Sequence record: SRR20825006_1198
Length of the DNA stretch: 33,839 bases
Reading direction: 5' to 3' (one strand)
Position numbers and translations under genes: made by a program. Under the pieces are notes generated by a model. It did no database searches, was not told the DNA's origin, and saw nothing but the letters and a program-made list of their open reading frames with translations. How positions within the stretch are numbered: position 1 is the stretch's first letter; the number at the start of each line of letters is the position of its first letter. This document shows positions 17,372-26,592 of this stretch, piece after piece.

Positions 17372-18729
17372 TATTCATCCAAAGCCTCTAAGCGGTTTCT
17401 AAGCGTCACCACAGACTTCTGGAACTTCTCCAGAGCAGCGTCGGTATTAGTCGGTGGATTTCCTTCATCTTGGCGAGCCTGGTACCCAGCCAATTCACGA
17501 GCTTCGTTATCATCCAGAATCTTACCGCCAGCGGTTAAACTATTTAGTGCGTTCGCTAAGCTCTCCAGGTTCGTAACATCAAACTCATTAAACTTCAGTT
17601 TCCATTTATGGTCGCCAAACGATTTAATGATGGTATTGTTAATGAAGGCTTCCCATCTGGATTGGTCCGGGTCAATAACCGTATTCTTAAACACCTTCAA
17701 CTGGCCATCATTCTCACTACCTCCACCAAGTCCACCGGAGTCTATAATTCCAAACAAACGAGGAGGAATTCCATGAGCTGCCATTACATTGCTTCGGCTA
17801 CTAGCACGGGTTCCATTCTTAAAGCCTTCTTTATCACCAAAAGAGATCTCTAATTTTTCAATTCGGATTTTTACCTGAGGATCATCACTGGCAAGTATGA
17901 TTGTTCGCCCTGCATTTTTAAGCCCGTGAAAGTTATTGCTCAAGTATTGCTGCAGACTCGTTTTTGCAGTTGGCGATAGCTGGCCGCCTTCAACTACAAT
18001 CACAAACTTTGCCATTAACTGATTTAGGAAGAGGTTAATCTCATACTCAATAACATTACGATCGAGCACCATATCAGCCAAAGCAGGGTACCACTCACCA
18101 ATGCCATAATGCGATTGGTCAGGATCGTAGGCGTAATGATGTAGAATCTCATTCTTAATGGGATTAGTAGGCGGTTGGCCCCATGCTCTAAACTCTGTAG
18201 TTTTTCCCTGCAGTACTTGCCAATAGCCTTTCTTCAGAGATTTATCGCGACGCATTGTTTTGGCGCGGACATGGTAGGTTTCAACCAGTTCGCCTTTCAA
18301 ATTCTTAGTAGTCTCTAAAAATAAATTGCCAAGCGCCTGGTAATCAATCATGGCGCGGTAGCAAATCTCAGTAAACGTTTCGGTAGGGTGCCCATTGGGA
18401 TTATCCAAAAAAGCTTTAATGCGTTTATAATCGGTATCTTCTTGCTTGTTGTCATCGTCAGTAACCAACTCCCAGCCGAGGCCCGTAATCATTACTGCTT
18501 TAAGATTGCAAGCGCGTTTGTGGTAAATGTTTTGGCGGTACAAGCTTAGCAGCGAAGAGAACGAAGGCGATGGCTCAGCGTAACGCATTGCCACTTTATC
18601 ATCTTCAAGCTGCTGGCTACTCTTTTGGATATCCACATCAATATCCATAATCGAACGCCTGATTTCCTCACCGGCATTAATCTCTATAATCTCTGCAGTT
18701 ACCTGCGGTTTGTTGGCTGAGTCGCTCAT
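17371..18729 (-). CDS. Portal protein, PBSX family
   Basis: GNLFLE, YDPDQSHYGIGEW, NAGRTIIL and AAHGIPPRLFG motifs. Confidence 0.92.
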   Translation of the reverse strand: MSDSANKPQVTAEIIEINAGEEIRRSIMDIDVDIQKSSQQLEDDKVAMRYAEPSPSFSSLLSLYRQNIYHKRACNLKAVMITGLGWELVTDDDNKQEDTDYKRIKAFLDNPNGHPTETFTEICYRAMIDYQALGNLFLETTKNLKGELVETYHVRAKTMRRDKSLKKGYWQVLQGKTTEFRAWGQPPTNPIKNEILHHYAYDPDQSHYGIGEWYPALADMVLDRNVIEYEINLFLNQLMAKFVIVVEGGQLSPTAKTSLQQYLSNNFHGLKNAGRTIILASDDPQVKIRIEKLEISFGDKEGFKNGTRASSRSNVMAAHGIPPRLFGIIDSGGLGGGSENDGQLKVFKNTVIDPDQSRWEAFINNTIIKSFGDHKWKLKFNEFDVTNLESLANALNSLTAGGKILDDNEARELAGYQARQDEGNPPTNTDAALEKFQKSVVTLRNRLEALDE

Positions 18730-20213
18730 CCTATAATCTCCACTTCTACGTTTCCGGTCTTGCCGAGTAAAACTTCTATTTCTTGTTTAGCCATTTCGCC
18801 AGCGTCGGGTCCATCGTCTTCATTATCAGATCGAGAACTATCAAACTCTAACATCTGATTTACATACTTATGGTTATCGCCTGCACCTTTAACAACTCTA
18901 AATGTTCCGTTTTGCACAGGGCTTTGCCAGCGTAAAATTCTAACGTTCTTATTAACCTTATTGATGATCTGCTTAATCTTCGATAGGAAATTAAACCCGC
19001 CTTCCTCGTGCGTAGCCATTTCTCGCATCTTATCTTTTAGCAGCACTTGAAAGCCGTTACTCTCAATTACAATTTTGTGCGGGTTGAATCTTCTGTTTAA
19101 AGAAAAGCCTTGCCTAACCATTGAGTTTATTGTGGTGTGACGAATCCAGGACCATATCAAATCCATATTTTTACCGTCTGCAGTAAGCCCTAAAACTACC
19201 CAGGCTTTAGTGTCATGACCTTGAGTGCTCCCAACGCTTGGATCAAGAGCCATTACAATGTATTTGTAAATAGCCGGCTTGTCTATGTAAACAAACCATT
19301 CCTCCTGAAAGTCATCGTTATCACTAGAAATTATTTTACGCAGATACTCACGATTGTAAGGGACAGCGCCGATAAGTTTTTTAATGCCATTTAATACCTT
19401 CTTAGGAAATGACTTGGGATGCGTAGCTCTTCCGTTTTCTTGTTCTGCAGGAATTGAAACCGTAAGCACTTCCTCATTTTTTTCGAGTAAATAATCCAGA
19501 TCATAACGAGCTAGCTTGTTGGTAATAACAATTAACTGCCACTCTTTCTTTAAGTCTAAACCGTTGTAAACATCACCAAGTAAATTCTTATAACGCCGAT
19601 CTACCTGGGCTTTATTCTTAACGGAATCTAGAGATTCCAAATCATCGCAGATGGCAACTTTAGCACGCCATTGTAAATGCTTTTGCCCTCGTTTAAATGT
19701 ACGCCAGGAGTAAGCTTTAATTCGCACGTTATTGCTAGTAACAAAATCATCAGAGCCCCATTCTATTCCTTTTAAATCCCCAAAGTCTTGTTTAAGGCGA
19801 GCGTTAGCTTCTAACTCTGTTTTTATTGGAAGCATGAGCAACACCGCTTGCCCATCGGTATCGCAAATTATTGGTAGGAATCGGGTTTTCTGCGTGAGTA
19901 TTAACTGGAGCGCATAACCTAGTGCTACCAATGTAGTTTTACCTACACCACGAAATCCAAAGATTTGAATTAATTTATTCCATTTACCTAAAGCCTTAGC
20001 AATATCAGTGTGGCCGCTTTCAAATTGCTCTTCAAAGTAATGCCCTAAATAGGTTTGGCAGAACCATAATAAATCGGTTGTAGCACGCTTACGGCGCTTA
20101 GCTTTACCTTCAGGTGAATCATCCGCAAACGGTTTTACTTCCTGCCTAATTCGGCGTAGTAGCTCCTCGGCGCGTTTCTGATATTCGCGATCTGTGATTT
20201 GCTTAACAGCCAT
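18726..20213 (-). CDS. terL: Terminase large subunit
   Basis: Walker A GFRGVGKTT, Walker B ICDDLE, nuclease motifs ALDPS, IESNGFQ and DDGPDA. Confidence 0.92.
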   Translation of the reverse strand: MAVKQITDREYQKRAEELLRRIRQEVKPFADDSPEGKAKRRKRATTDLLWFCQTYLGHYFEEQFESGHTDIAKALGKWNKLIQIFGFRGVGKTTLVALGYALQLILTQKTRFLPIICDTDGQAVLLMLPIKTELEANARLKQDFGDLKGIEWGSDDFVTSNNVRIKAYSWRTFKRGQKHLQWRAKVAICDDLESLDSVKNKAQVDRRYKNLLGDVYNGLDLKKEWQLIVITNKLARYDLDYLLEKNEEVLTVSIPAEQENGRATHPKSFPKKVLNGIKKLIGAVPYNREYLRKIISSDNDDFQEEWFVYIDKPAIYKYIVMALDPSVGSTQGHDTKAWVVLGLTADGKNMDLIWSWIRHTTINSMVRQGFSLNRRFNPHKIVIESNGFQVLLKDKMREMATHEEGGFNFLSKIKQIINKVNKNVRILRWQSPVQNGTFRVVKGAGDNHKYVNQMLEFDSSRSDNEDDGPDAGEMAKQEIEVLLGKTGNVEVEIIG

Positions 20214-20650
20214 TAGCCCTTCCTATATTTCTGGCCAACGTGCATTAAGAAATCAGGCAGCACCTCTTGAATAGATTCGGATAAGGGATTATTTCTTCCC
20301 TGCAGGAAACCAATAAAATCTTCAAACACCTGAATGGTACTTGCTTTCATATCCACGGTTTGGTCTAGCTGCTTAATAGAACTTACCGCTTTGTTAATTC
20401 GGTCCATTGCAGCGCCATCTAGCTTATCGAGATTCTTCACATCATCGGCTAGAAGATTCATTAACTTCTCTGAAATAGCGATGGTAGAATTCTTCCAGTC
20501 TCTCCGGCGATCTTCCCATTTAAACTGCTTACGCCATTTGGAAATAGTTTGCGTACTTACACCTAGCAACTCGGCAATTTCTATCCCGGTTTTATCCTGG
20601 CGGAATAATTTAAACGCTTCGGGTTCGAGATGTGATTTGCTGGCCGACAT
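20213..20650 (-). CDS. terS: Terminase small subunit (DUF1804-like HTH)
   Basis: EIAELLGVSTQTISKWRKQFKW HTH; coupled to terL. Confidence 0.8.
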   Translation of the reverse strand: MSASKSHLEPEAFKLFRQDKTGIEIAELLGVSTQTISKWRKQFKWEDRRRDWKNSTIAISEKLMNLLADDVKNLDKLDGAAMDRINKAVSSIKQLDQTVDMKASTIQVFEDFIGFLQGRNNPLSESIQEVLPDFLMHVGQKYRKG

Positions 20651-20684
20651 GCAAAATGATTAGTTAATAGAGCTCTGTGGCCAG

Positions 20685-20722
20685 AAGGTAGATTCCTGCT
20701 GTATAGCATAACAGGTTAAGAA
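20685..20722 (-). promoter_or_regulatory. Late promoter / activator-binding site, copy 2 (upstream of terS)
   Basis: Repeat of 15217-15254; includes a TACCTT -10-like hexamer. Confidence 0.75.
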
Positions 20723-20728
20723 CAGTGA

Positions 20729-21022
20729 CTAATTAAGGATACCAGCTTTGATTTTTGCGAAAAAGAATTCGCAGTACTCGCAGGTAATTTTAAGGAATTT
20801 ACCAAGCTTAATGCGCTGCCCTTCGTAATTACTCCAGCGCTCTTCAGTAGCCCAAAGCCCACGATCAAAGGTGTCTTTCTGTTTGTTCGTTAAATCTTGC
20901 TTGTAATGTTTTTGTAATTGGGTAAGTAGCTCATTAATCAATATGCTTTTGTAGCGGTCTTTCCCGTTATCTAGTGCTTTTTGGTGGGCGTTTTGCACTA
21001 TTATTCTTACTGCAGCTTCCAT
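20729..21022 (-). CDS. Hypothetical protein
   Basis: 97-aa ORF in operon orientation. Confidence 0.6.
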   Translation of the reverse strand: MEAAVRIIVQNAHQKALDNGKDRYKSILINELLTQLQKHYKQDLTNKQKDTFDRGLWATEERWSNYEGQRIKLGKFLKITCEYCEFFFAKIKAGILN

Positions 21023-21031
21023 GAGTTACTT

Positions 21032-21316
21032 TTAAAATGGAACAATATCGCCCTTTAAAGGATGCTTTTCGTTTCTTGGTATTAAAAAAAATTCGTCTAT
21101 TGGGGCATACGGACTAAAATAAATTTCTATTCCATCTTCCGGCAGAGGTAAGTCTTTTTCGTGAGTACTATTGACAACCACTGTGTAATGATTTACATCA
21201 ATACCATTACTTTTAAAAAAGCTGGCCCAAACATTAGACCGGTAGTTAATGATTTTTGCTAGCTGATTTAATCCTTTATTAAAAAATAAGTCAGTTTTTG
21301 CCATTGGGTTTACCAC
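21032..21316 (-). CDS. Hypothetical protein (AT-rich)
   Basis: 94-aa ORF in operon orientation; start uncertain. Confidence 0.55.
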   Translation of the reverse strand: MVNPMAKTDLFFNKGLNQLAKIINYRSNVWASFFKSNGIDVNHYTVVVNSTHEKDLPLPEDGIEIYFSPYAPIDEFFLIPRNEKHPLKGDIVPF

Positions 21317-21334
21317 GTCATTGGTTACTATAAA

Positions 21335-21682
21335 TTACAATTCAGAATTAGCTTTTCTCTTGTCGTACAAAATCCCGTACACCGTTTCTTCACCAAGATA
21401 GAATTTCTTAGCCACTTCCTCAACGGCAGCATGTACTTTCATACCAGCTTTTGTTCGTTTGCGAATCTCTCTTTTAATCTCGCGGTCGCGTTCAATCAGG
21501 TCTAGATTCCAATCTAAGCGTTTAACCGCTCGCTCTATACGTGCGTACTCTTCCTCACTCAACCGGCGACGAAGCACAGGCGCAAGGGTGTCTTGAACTA
21601 GCGAGCTATCTGGTTCTTCTTTAACCAAATTAGCAGGGCGTTCAATAGTACGCACGTTAAGATTTAGGGCGATCTGATTCAC
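21335..21682 (-). CDS. Mor/C-like late transcription activator
   Basis: ERDREIK...EEVAKKFYLGEETVYGIL, a Mor-type C-terminal HTH. Start placed at GTG 21682 (track start 21760). Confidence 0.7.
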   Translation of the reverse strand: MNQIALNLNVRTIERPANLVKEEPDSSLVQDTLAPVLRRRLSEEEYARIERAVKRLDWNLDLIERDREIKREIRKRTKAGMKVHAAVEEVAKKFYLGEETVYGILYDKRKANSEL

Positions 21683-21815
21683 GATTCTTTTTTTTATGGT
21701 AAGCTTGTTTAAATAACTCTTGTCTCCACCATTCGGTGGTTTGCTCTTCGGTAAAACCAAGTGCTTTTAGTTTGGCATTCACCGTGCGTATATGGAGTTG
21801 GATGTTAGTCGTCAC
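21657..21815 (-). CDS. Hypothetical 52-aa protein (not in the ORF track)
   Basis: GTG start overlapping the DUF3164 end; MTTNIQLHIRTVNAKLKALGFTEEQTTEWWRQELFKQ...; fills the gap before the activator. Confidence 0.45.
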   Translation of the reverse strand: MTTNIQLHIRTVNAKLKALGFTEEQTTEWWRQELFKQAYHKKKNRESDRPKS

Positions 21816-22521
21816 CAGTCTCGGGCATTAAATAGGCGTAGGTTAGCACTATGCTTTCGTAGGCGTTTTGAGTATTCTTTTGCTCGAAGATCTCGAAGCG
21901 CTTACTGTGGCGAGTATCAAAGCTCTGGTTTAAATGCTCTAAGAATTTCTGATAATTCTTGTTGCGAATTTTAGCACCATAGCGGTTAAACTTACTTACC
22001 ATGCGTAGATCAATCTCGTTTTTACTGTTCCGGATTAGATCGTTATACATACCATACATGAAGTGCTCTTTAGGATCTTCTCCAGGAAACTCCTCTTCCA
22101 TAAACTTCACAAAGTAACGGTCGGCAATGTTCAACTCTTCCTCGTTCTTTTCTTTTACCAAGTCCATCTTGTACACCACGCGGGCGGCCTTATCAAAACT
22201 GGCTAGAGTGAAGCCGCCTTTACTACTTCCACGGATCTCGTTTTCTTCCAGCAGCTGCTCGTGAAGTTCATCGCCGGTTTCTTGGCATTTGAACTTGAAC
22301 TCCTTTAAACGCTGCTGCAGTTCTTTAGCCTCTGCAATCAACTCTAGCGTTTTAAAATGCTTCAGTAAATCGATAGCGGGAACGTAATCAATAGGCACTT
22401 CTTTGCCGTGATGATCGGTAAGGCTAGTTACACCTTTACGCTTCAAAATGGCTTTAGCTCGCCCAGCTTGCTGGTTAATGGTTGGCATTTTCGGTTTCTT
22501 AGTCTTGGTTTTAGTAGGCAT
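21805..22521 (-). CDS. DUF3164 family protein (typical of Mu-like phages)
   Basis: DHHGKEVP and KGGFTLASFD motifs. Confidence 0.75.
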   Translation of the reverse strand: MPTKTKTKKPKMPTINQQAGRAKAILKRKGVTSLTDHHGKEVPIDYVPAIDLLKHFKTLELIAEAKELQQRLKEFKFKCQETGDELHEQLLEENEIRGSSKGGFTLASFDKAARVVYKMDLVKEKNEEELNIADRYFVKFMEEEFPGEDPKEHFMYGMYNDLIRNSKNEIDLRMVSKFNRYGAKIRNKNYQKFLEHLNQSFDTRHSKRFEIFEQKNTQNAYESIVLTYAYLMPETGDD

Positions 22522-22554
22522 TGTTTTGTTGGTTATTTGAATTTGTGTTTTTTA

Positions 22555-22893
22555 TCAATCTTCATAGACACGGCGAATCTCTTTCTCTTCTTTAGAATGG
22601 AAGTTTTCCACTATAAATCTGAGTGCCATTGCTCCAGTTTGGATTACTTCGCTGTGCATATTGAAACGCGGTTTTTTCTCATATTTAAATTGCAAAGCTG
22701 CTTTTATCACTTCTCCTGCCTCTTCGCCAATAATGGCCGCTTGGTGGATGTGGTCTTTAGGATATTCAGGATGTTTTTCTTTGGCTGATTCAAATTCCTG
22801 ATGAAATAATAAAAGCACACCAAGTTGATCTGTTGGGATTCTTGAAATCATTTCCAATGTTAATTCGCGGTTTGCATCGTCACATAAATTCAT
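22555..22893 (-). CDS. MazG-like NTP pyrophosphohydrolase
   Basis: EEAGEV...EVIQTGAMALR acidic helical motif. Confidence 0.65.
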   Translation of the reverse strand: MNLCDDANRELTLEMISRIPTDQLGVLLLFHQEFESAKEKHPEYPKDHIHQAAIIGEEAGEVIKAALQFKYEKKPRFNMHSEVIQTGAMALRFIVENFHSKEEKEIRRVYED

Positions 22894-22897
22894 AATC

Positions 22898-23281
22898 CTA
22901 ATTCCTATGTAAGTTAGTTGGGTGCAACTCGGTTACCTGGATAGTTCGCTCACCACTTTTTACATGGCGGTGTACACGGTCATCGGTGCAAGCTTCCCAT
23001 ATTACCTTGGCGGTATTTTTTACTTCCGCCATAAACTGAAGGCGGGCTTCAATCGCCATTTCTGGCGGGTAGTCAAAAGCTTCTAAGCTGGTAATGGTGC
23101 GCTCCCAAGCGGTAAAGCGATCGCACTCTTCGCCATTCCAGATATCATAAAACATAGTCTTAACCTGGCGGCTATACTCGCGAGAGCGCAAGCCATCAAA
23201 CCAATTAATCATACGTGGGTAAACGAGTAAAGCTACCAATACCACAAACACAACGGTCGTTATCACTTTTAGCAGTTCCAT
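22898..23281 (-). CDS. Hypothetical membrane-anchored protein
   Basis: N-terminal TM segment VITTVVFVVLVALLVY. Confidence 0.65.
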   Translation of the reverse strand: MELLKVITTVVFVVLVALLVYPRMINWFDGLRSREYSRQVKTMFYDIWNGEECDRFTAWERTITSLEAFDYPPEMAIEARLQFMAEVKNTAKVIWEACTDDRVHRHVKSGERTIQVTELHPTNLHRN

Positions 23282-23283
23282 AA

Positions 23284-24252
23284 CTACACCGCCACTTGGC
23301 CAGTTGCAGACTCGCCAAACTCCTGAAGCTCAAGCTCAGCAAGGGCAGCATCCACATCTGCTTTCTTTTTAGACGGCAAGCCTTTCTCAATTTCATGCAA
23401 CGTAGACTTACCAACTTTGGCATGATCTGCTAACTGCTGCAGGCTAAGGCCCAGAGCTTCACGGCGCTCGCGGTTAGACAAATGAATTACTTCTTCGTCA
23501 ATCACTTTCTTACCAGCCTTTTCAGCCGTTTCCATTTTCTCTGTAATCAGGAATTCCATTTCTAAAGGCACTCGGCATTTACGTGCTATGCGCTCGCGAG
23601 CTACGGGAGAAATAGCTGCACCATACACCGTAGCTAAATAAGCATTACGCTCTTCGTAATTCATCCACTGGCTTGCTTCAGATTGAAGATTTAGAATCAG
23701 CGTTCGCCAGAAGACTTCTTTATAAGTATCTAACTTATTCAGTAGTTTTTGTTGGCCAATGTAGATGCACGAAAATAAATTAGCGTGGCCCATATATTTC
23801 TTTTCATGCTCGTCTTTAAGAGCTAGCAGCACGTTAGAATGGAGGCGATGAGCATTGTCTATTACCAGCACATTCTTAATGCCAGCTTTTACTTTCTCGC
23901 CCAAAATACGGCGACTTTGACGGCTACGCGCTTGCACTGATCTACGGCATTGCTCACCACCGCCAGCGTCAAGAATAATAACCTCTAGGATATTTCCAAT
24001 GGTTAGCTTTTCGAGATCCGCACTATCAATGTACATCACATTGTAGTTGGCGTTTTTCTGGTTCGATAAGTCTTGGATAGCCATGTCTGCAACAGTGCTT
24101 TTACCAGAACCAAACTGACCAATTACGGCAGCAATTTGATTCTCGTTAATAGCGTCTTTAATGTCTGCAATGTGCAGTTCATGCTGGGCACCACGGTAGG
24201 TGCCTTTTTCTTGAATACCGAAATGTCGGAGTGTTCGTTTTTTCTGAATCAT
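23284..24252 (-). CDS. MuB/ExeA-like AAA+ transposition ATPase with a C-terminal XRE HTH
   Basis: Walker A GQFGSGKS, Walker B VLVIDNAH; C-terminal RREALGLSLQQLADHAKVGKSTLHEIEKG. Confidence 0.85.
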   Translation of the reverse strand: MIQKKRTLRHFGIQEKGTYRGAQHELHIADIKDAINENQIAAVIGQFGSGKSTVADMAIQDLSNQKNANYNVMYIDSADLEKLTIGNILEVIILDAGGGEQCRRSVQARSRQSRRILGEKVKAGIKNVLVIDNAHRLHSNVLLALKDEHEKKYMGHANLFSCIYIGQQKLLNKLDTYKEVFWRTLILNLQSEASQWMNYEERNAYLATVYGAAISPVARERIARKCRVPLEMEFLITEKMETAEKAGKKVIDEEVIHLSNRERREALGLSLQQLADHAKVGKSTLHEIEKGLPSKKKADVDAALAELELQEFGESATGQVAV

Positions 24253-24425
24253 TTTTGTTCCTCGCTTTGGTTGTTATTAGTTGGGGCTTCAAATCCCTCA
24301 GTCCCCAAAATTCCTTGGTACCATCCTTCAGCTTCCAATTCGTTAGCTAGTAGTTGGTTATCAATATGAGTGCGCCCAGCATCTAGCGAGCGCTCCCAGT
24401 CGTTCATTCCTAGTAGCCCGCTCAT
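24249..24425 (-). CDS. Hypothetical 58-aa acidic protein (not in the ORF track)
   Basis: ATGA overlaps at both ends; MSGLLGMNDWERSLDAGR...EEQK*. Confidence 0.6.
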   Translation of the reverse strand: MSGLLGMNDWERSLDAGRTHIDNQLLANELEAEGWYQGILGTEGFEAPTNNNQSEEQK

Positions 24426-24883
24426 TGTTGAGGCTCTAATCTTTTAATCCTATCAATCTCAGCAGCGATCAATGCGCCCGCTTTTGTAAGCTCTTTGATT
24501 CTACTTTTGAGTTCTAAATTTGGTGATGGCTTATACCATTCACCTGCCCAAGGCCATAAAACAGGAATTTTAAAAGGGTGAGGATTCCTAAAAAAGCCAG
24601 GCTCCTTAAACTCTCGACAGGCATCTGGTGTAGCGTAGCATGCCGCAGCTAAAGCTAACTCAGCACCAATATGTTTATCATCATGTTCAGGAGTCCATCC
24701 CTCTTCAGACAACTGTCGATCTCTTTCAATACCAATCAATTCGCACCCACTCAGCCTTGGAAGATTCTCCAACTCGTGAATCCAATCACGTACTAAACCA
24801 AGAGCATCAAATGGCTTTCCTTCTCTAAGAATAGTTTCGATTTCTTTTAAAAAGTTTAAGTCCTTTTCTACACTCATCTTCAT
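24422..24883 (-). CDS. Conserved phage protein of unknown function
   Basis: ERDRQ..EGWTPEHDD.H...LA.AA..Y...WPW...KAGALIAAEIDR, a motif widespread in phages. Confidence 0.75.
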   Translation of the reverse strand: MKMSVEKDLNFLKEIETILREGKPFDALGLVRDWIHELENLPRLSGCELIGIERDRQLSEEGWTPEHDDKHIGAELALAAACYATPDACREFKEPGFFRNPHPFKIPVLWPWAGEWYKPSPNLELKSRIKELTKAGALIAAEIDRIKRLEPQQ

Positions 24884-24888
24884 TCTCC

Positions 24889-26592
24889 TTATTGGTTAAC
24901 AGCTCGGTTGTTTAAGTTTACTTTCAAAAGCTCTACAGCGGCTTTAATGCGCCCACGATCTAGCTCGTAATACGGCACTAAACGATCGTCAAAATGGCTA
25001 GCAACATCGGCATAGCTTAACCCGTGGGTTTGTAGCTGTTGACCAATCCAAACACGGGCCTGGTAAGTACTTTTAAAGCGAGTTTCTTTGATATCGGGTG
25101 TTGACTCTATAAACGGCGATATCGGTTTATGAACCTCTTTTTTAGGCTGAAGGGTGATAGGAGCGGGTGCCTCAATGTATTCTCCAGTCTCTAAATCATA
25201 CGGTTGGCCATCTTCATCAAGAGCAGCTTTCCCATTCATCACAGCATCGTAAATACTATCGCCGGTTTTAATCGATTCTTTAAGGCGCTGTTGGTACGTT
25301 TTAGCATGCGAGCCTGAGTAATCACCTTTACTACGATGAGCGAATGGCTCTAAGTCAAACGGCAATCGTGCTTCGTCAACAGCGTAGTCTGGCACATTAA
25401 CCAACTCCGCTTTGTAATCTCCGCGCCAGTTCAGATATACAGTAACTTCACGCCCAATCATTTCTATACCATACCAATATTGCGGCACTCTCAATTTGCC
25501 CGTCTCAGGCGTACTAATAGCAAGCTCTTTAGCAACTTTACGCTGGTAAGAGCTAGTCATTAGCCCAATAATATCCTCTTCAACTACACGCGGACGTGGG
25601 TTCTGTGCTAATAAACTACGTTGGTAAAGCTCACCTTTGGTGCCGTTTAAATAGGGGTGCTTATCTTCTTTCTCAGCAGTCATTGCCTCATGCAGCAACA
25701 TGTTATATTCACTCAACAACATGGTTGGGTAATCTTCACTCCATTCAAGTTCCCACTGCCAAATTGTTTTCCAGCGGTTCTCAACCGATCCAATTCCTGT
25801 TTTCTCGTATGGCGTAGATTTACGCACGGTAAAGTCTAGCGCTTTACTCAGGTTTCTATATTCTTCCGTTAAAAACATGCTCGCGTTATCGTGGGCAAGT
25901 TCCCAAGGCAGGTGATGCATCGGGTGTTCATCAGCTTCGCGATTCAACCAGAACTTCAAGTGGCTAGCCATAATCAACGTGCTTTCTGCTTTACCAGGAA
26001 AGCCGCGCACCGTACGCAATCGGCTATACTTGTCCTGAAATTGCCAAAGAATTAAACGCTCTTTCTCATCACCTTGGCGGTAGCTCAAAGGCCGCCCGCT
26101 AGCTTTTAAAATCACATCTTTGCCATCATCTGTGTAACGCCAAGGCCGAAAGAACTTACTGGTAGAACCATCCGTTTGTACTTCCTGCAGGGCATAATCA
26201 CATTCCCAACGCACCCGTGGAGTTTCCTCACGGTACATTAATTCGTTTCGGGCAATATGGTTGGCATGCGACGCACTCAACTCACCTTTTTTCATTACCC
26301 CTTTACGTACCAATCGATTTAAGCAACGCTCAGTAGCCATCTCGCGGGGATCATCACTGCGTTGCTTGCCTTTTTCTTTCATCTCAATAATCAACTTCAC
26401 AAGCTCGCGTTTGCGCTGGTCTTTATTGCGGTCCACTTTCTTAAGCTTGCCCTCAATTTTGCGACGCTCTCGGTGAAATTTATGTTTACTAACACTATAC
26501 TCAGCTTCAATCCAAGCAAAAAACGCAGCCTTATTACCGTGCTCTACACTTTTATATTGGGCTATCAAATTATTCCAGTTCAGCTTTGCCAT
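24889..26592 (-). CDS. MuA-like DDE transposase
   Basis: Catalytic candidates QTDGS, AHDNA and GSVENRW; near the AAA ATPase; TG...CA element ends. Confidence 0.85.
   Translation of the reverse strand: MAKLNWNNLIAQYKSVEHGNKAAFFAWIEAEYSVSKHKFHRERRKIEGKLKKVDRNKDQRKRELVKLIIEMKEKGKQRSDDPREMATERCLNRLVRKGVMKKGELSASHANHIARNELMYREETPRVRWECDYALQEVQTDGSTSKFFRPWRYTDDGKDVILKASGRPLSYRQGDEKERLILWQFQDKYSRLRTVRGFPGKAESTLIMASHLKFWLNREADEHPMHHLPWELAHDNASMFLTEEYRNLSKALDFTVRKSTPYEKTGIGSVENRWKTIWQWELEWSEDYPTMLLSEYNMLLHEAMTAEKEDKHPYLNGTKGELYQRSLLAQNPRPRVVEEDIIGLMTSSYQRKVAKELAISTPETGKLRVPQYWYGIEMIGREVTVYLNWRGDYKAELVNVPDYAVDEARLPFDLEPFAHRSKGDYSGSHAKTYQQRLKESIKTGDSIYDAVMNGKAALDEDGQPYDLETGEYIEAPAPITLQPKKEVHKPISPFIESTPDIKETRFKSTYQARVWIGQQLQTHGLSYADVASHFDDRLVPYYELDRGRIKAAVELLKVNLNNRAVNQ

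Noticed and set aside
21688-21695. A8 run containing A AAA AAG between the 52-aa ORF and the Mor-like gene
   Set aside because: A -1 shift hits a stop within a few codons. Fusion would need +1, and the activator has its own GTG start.
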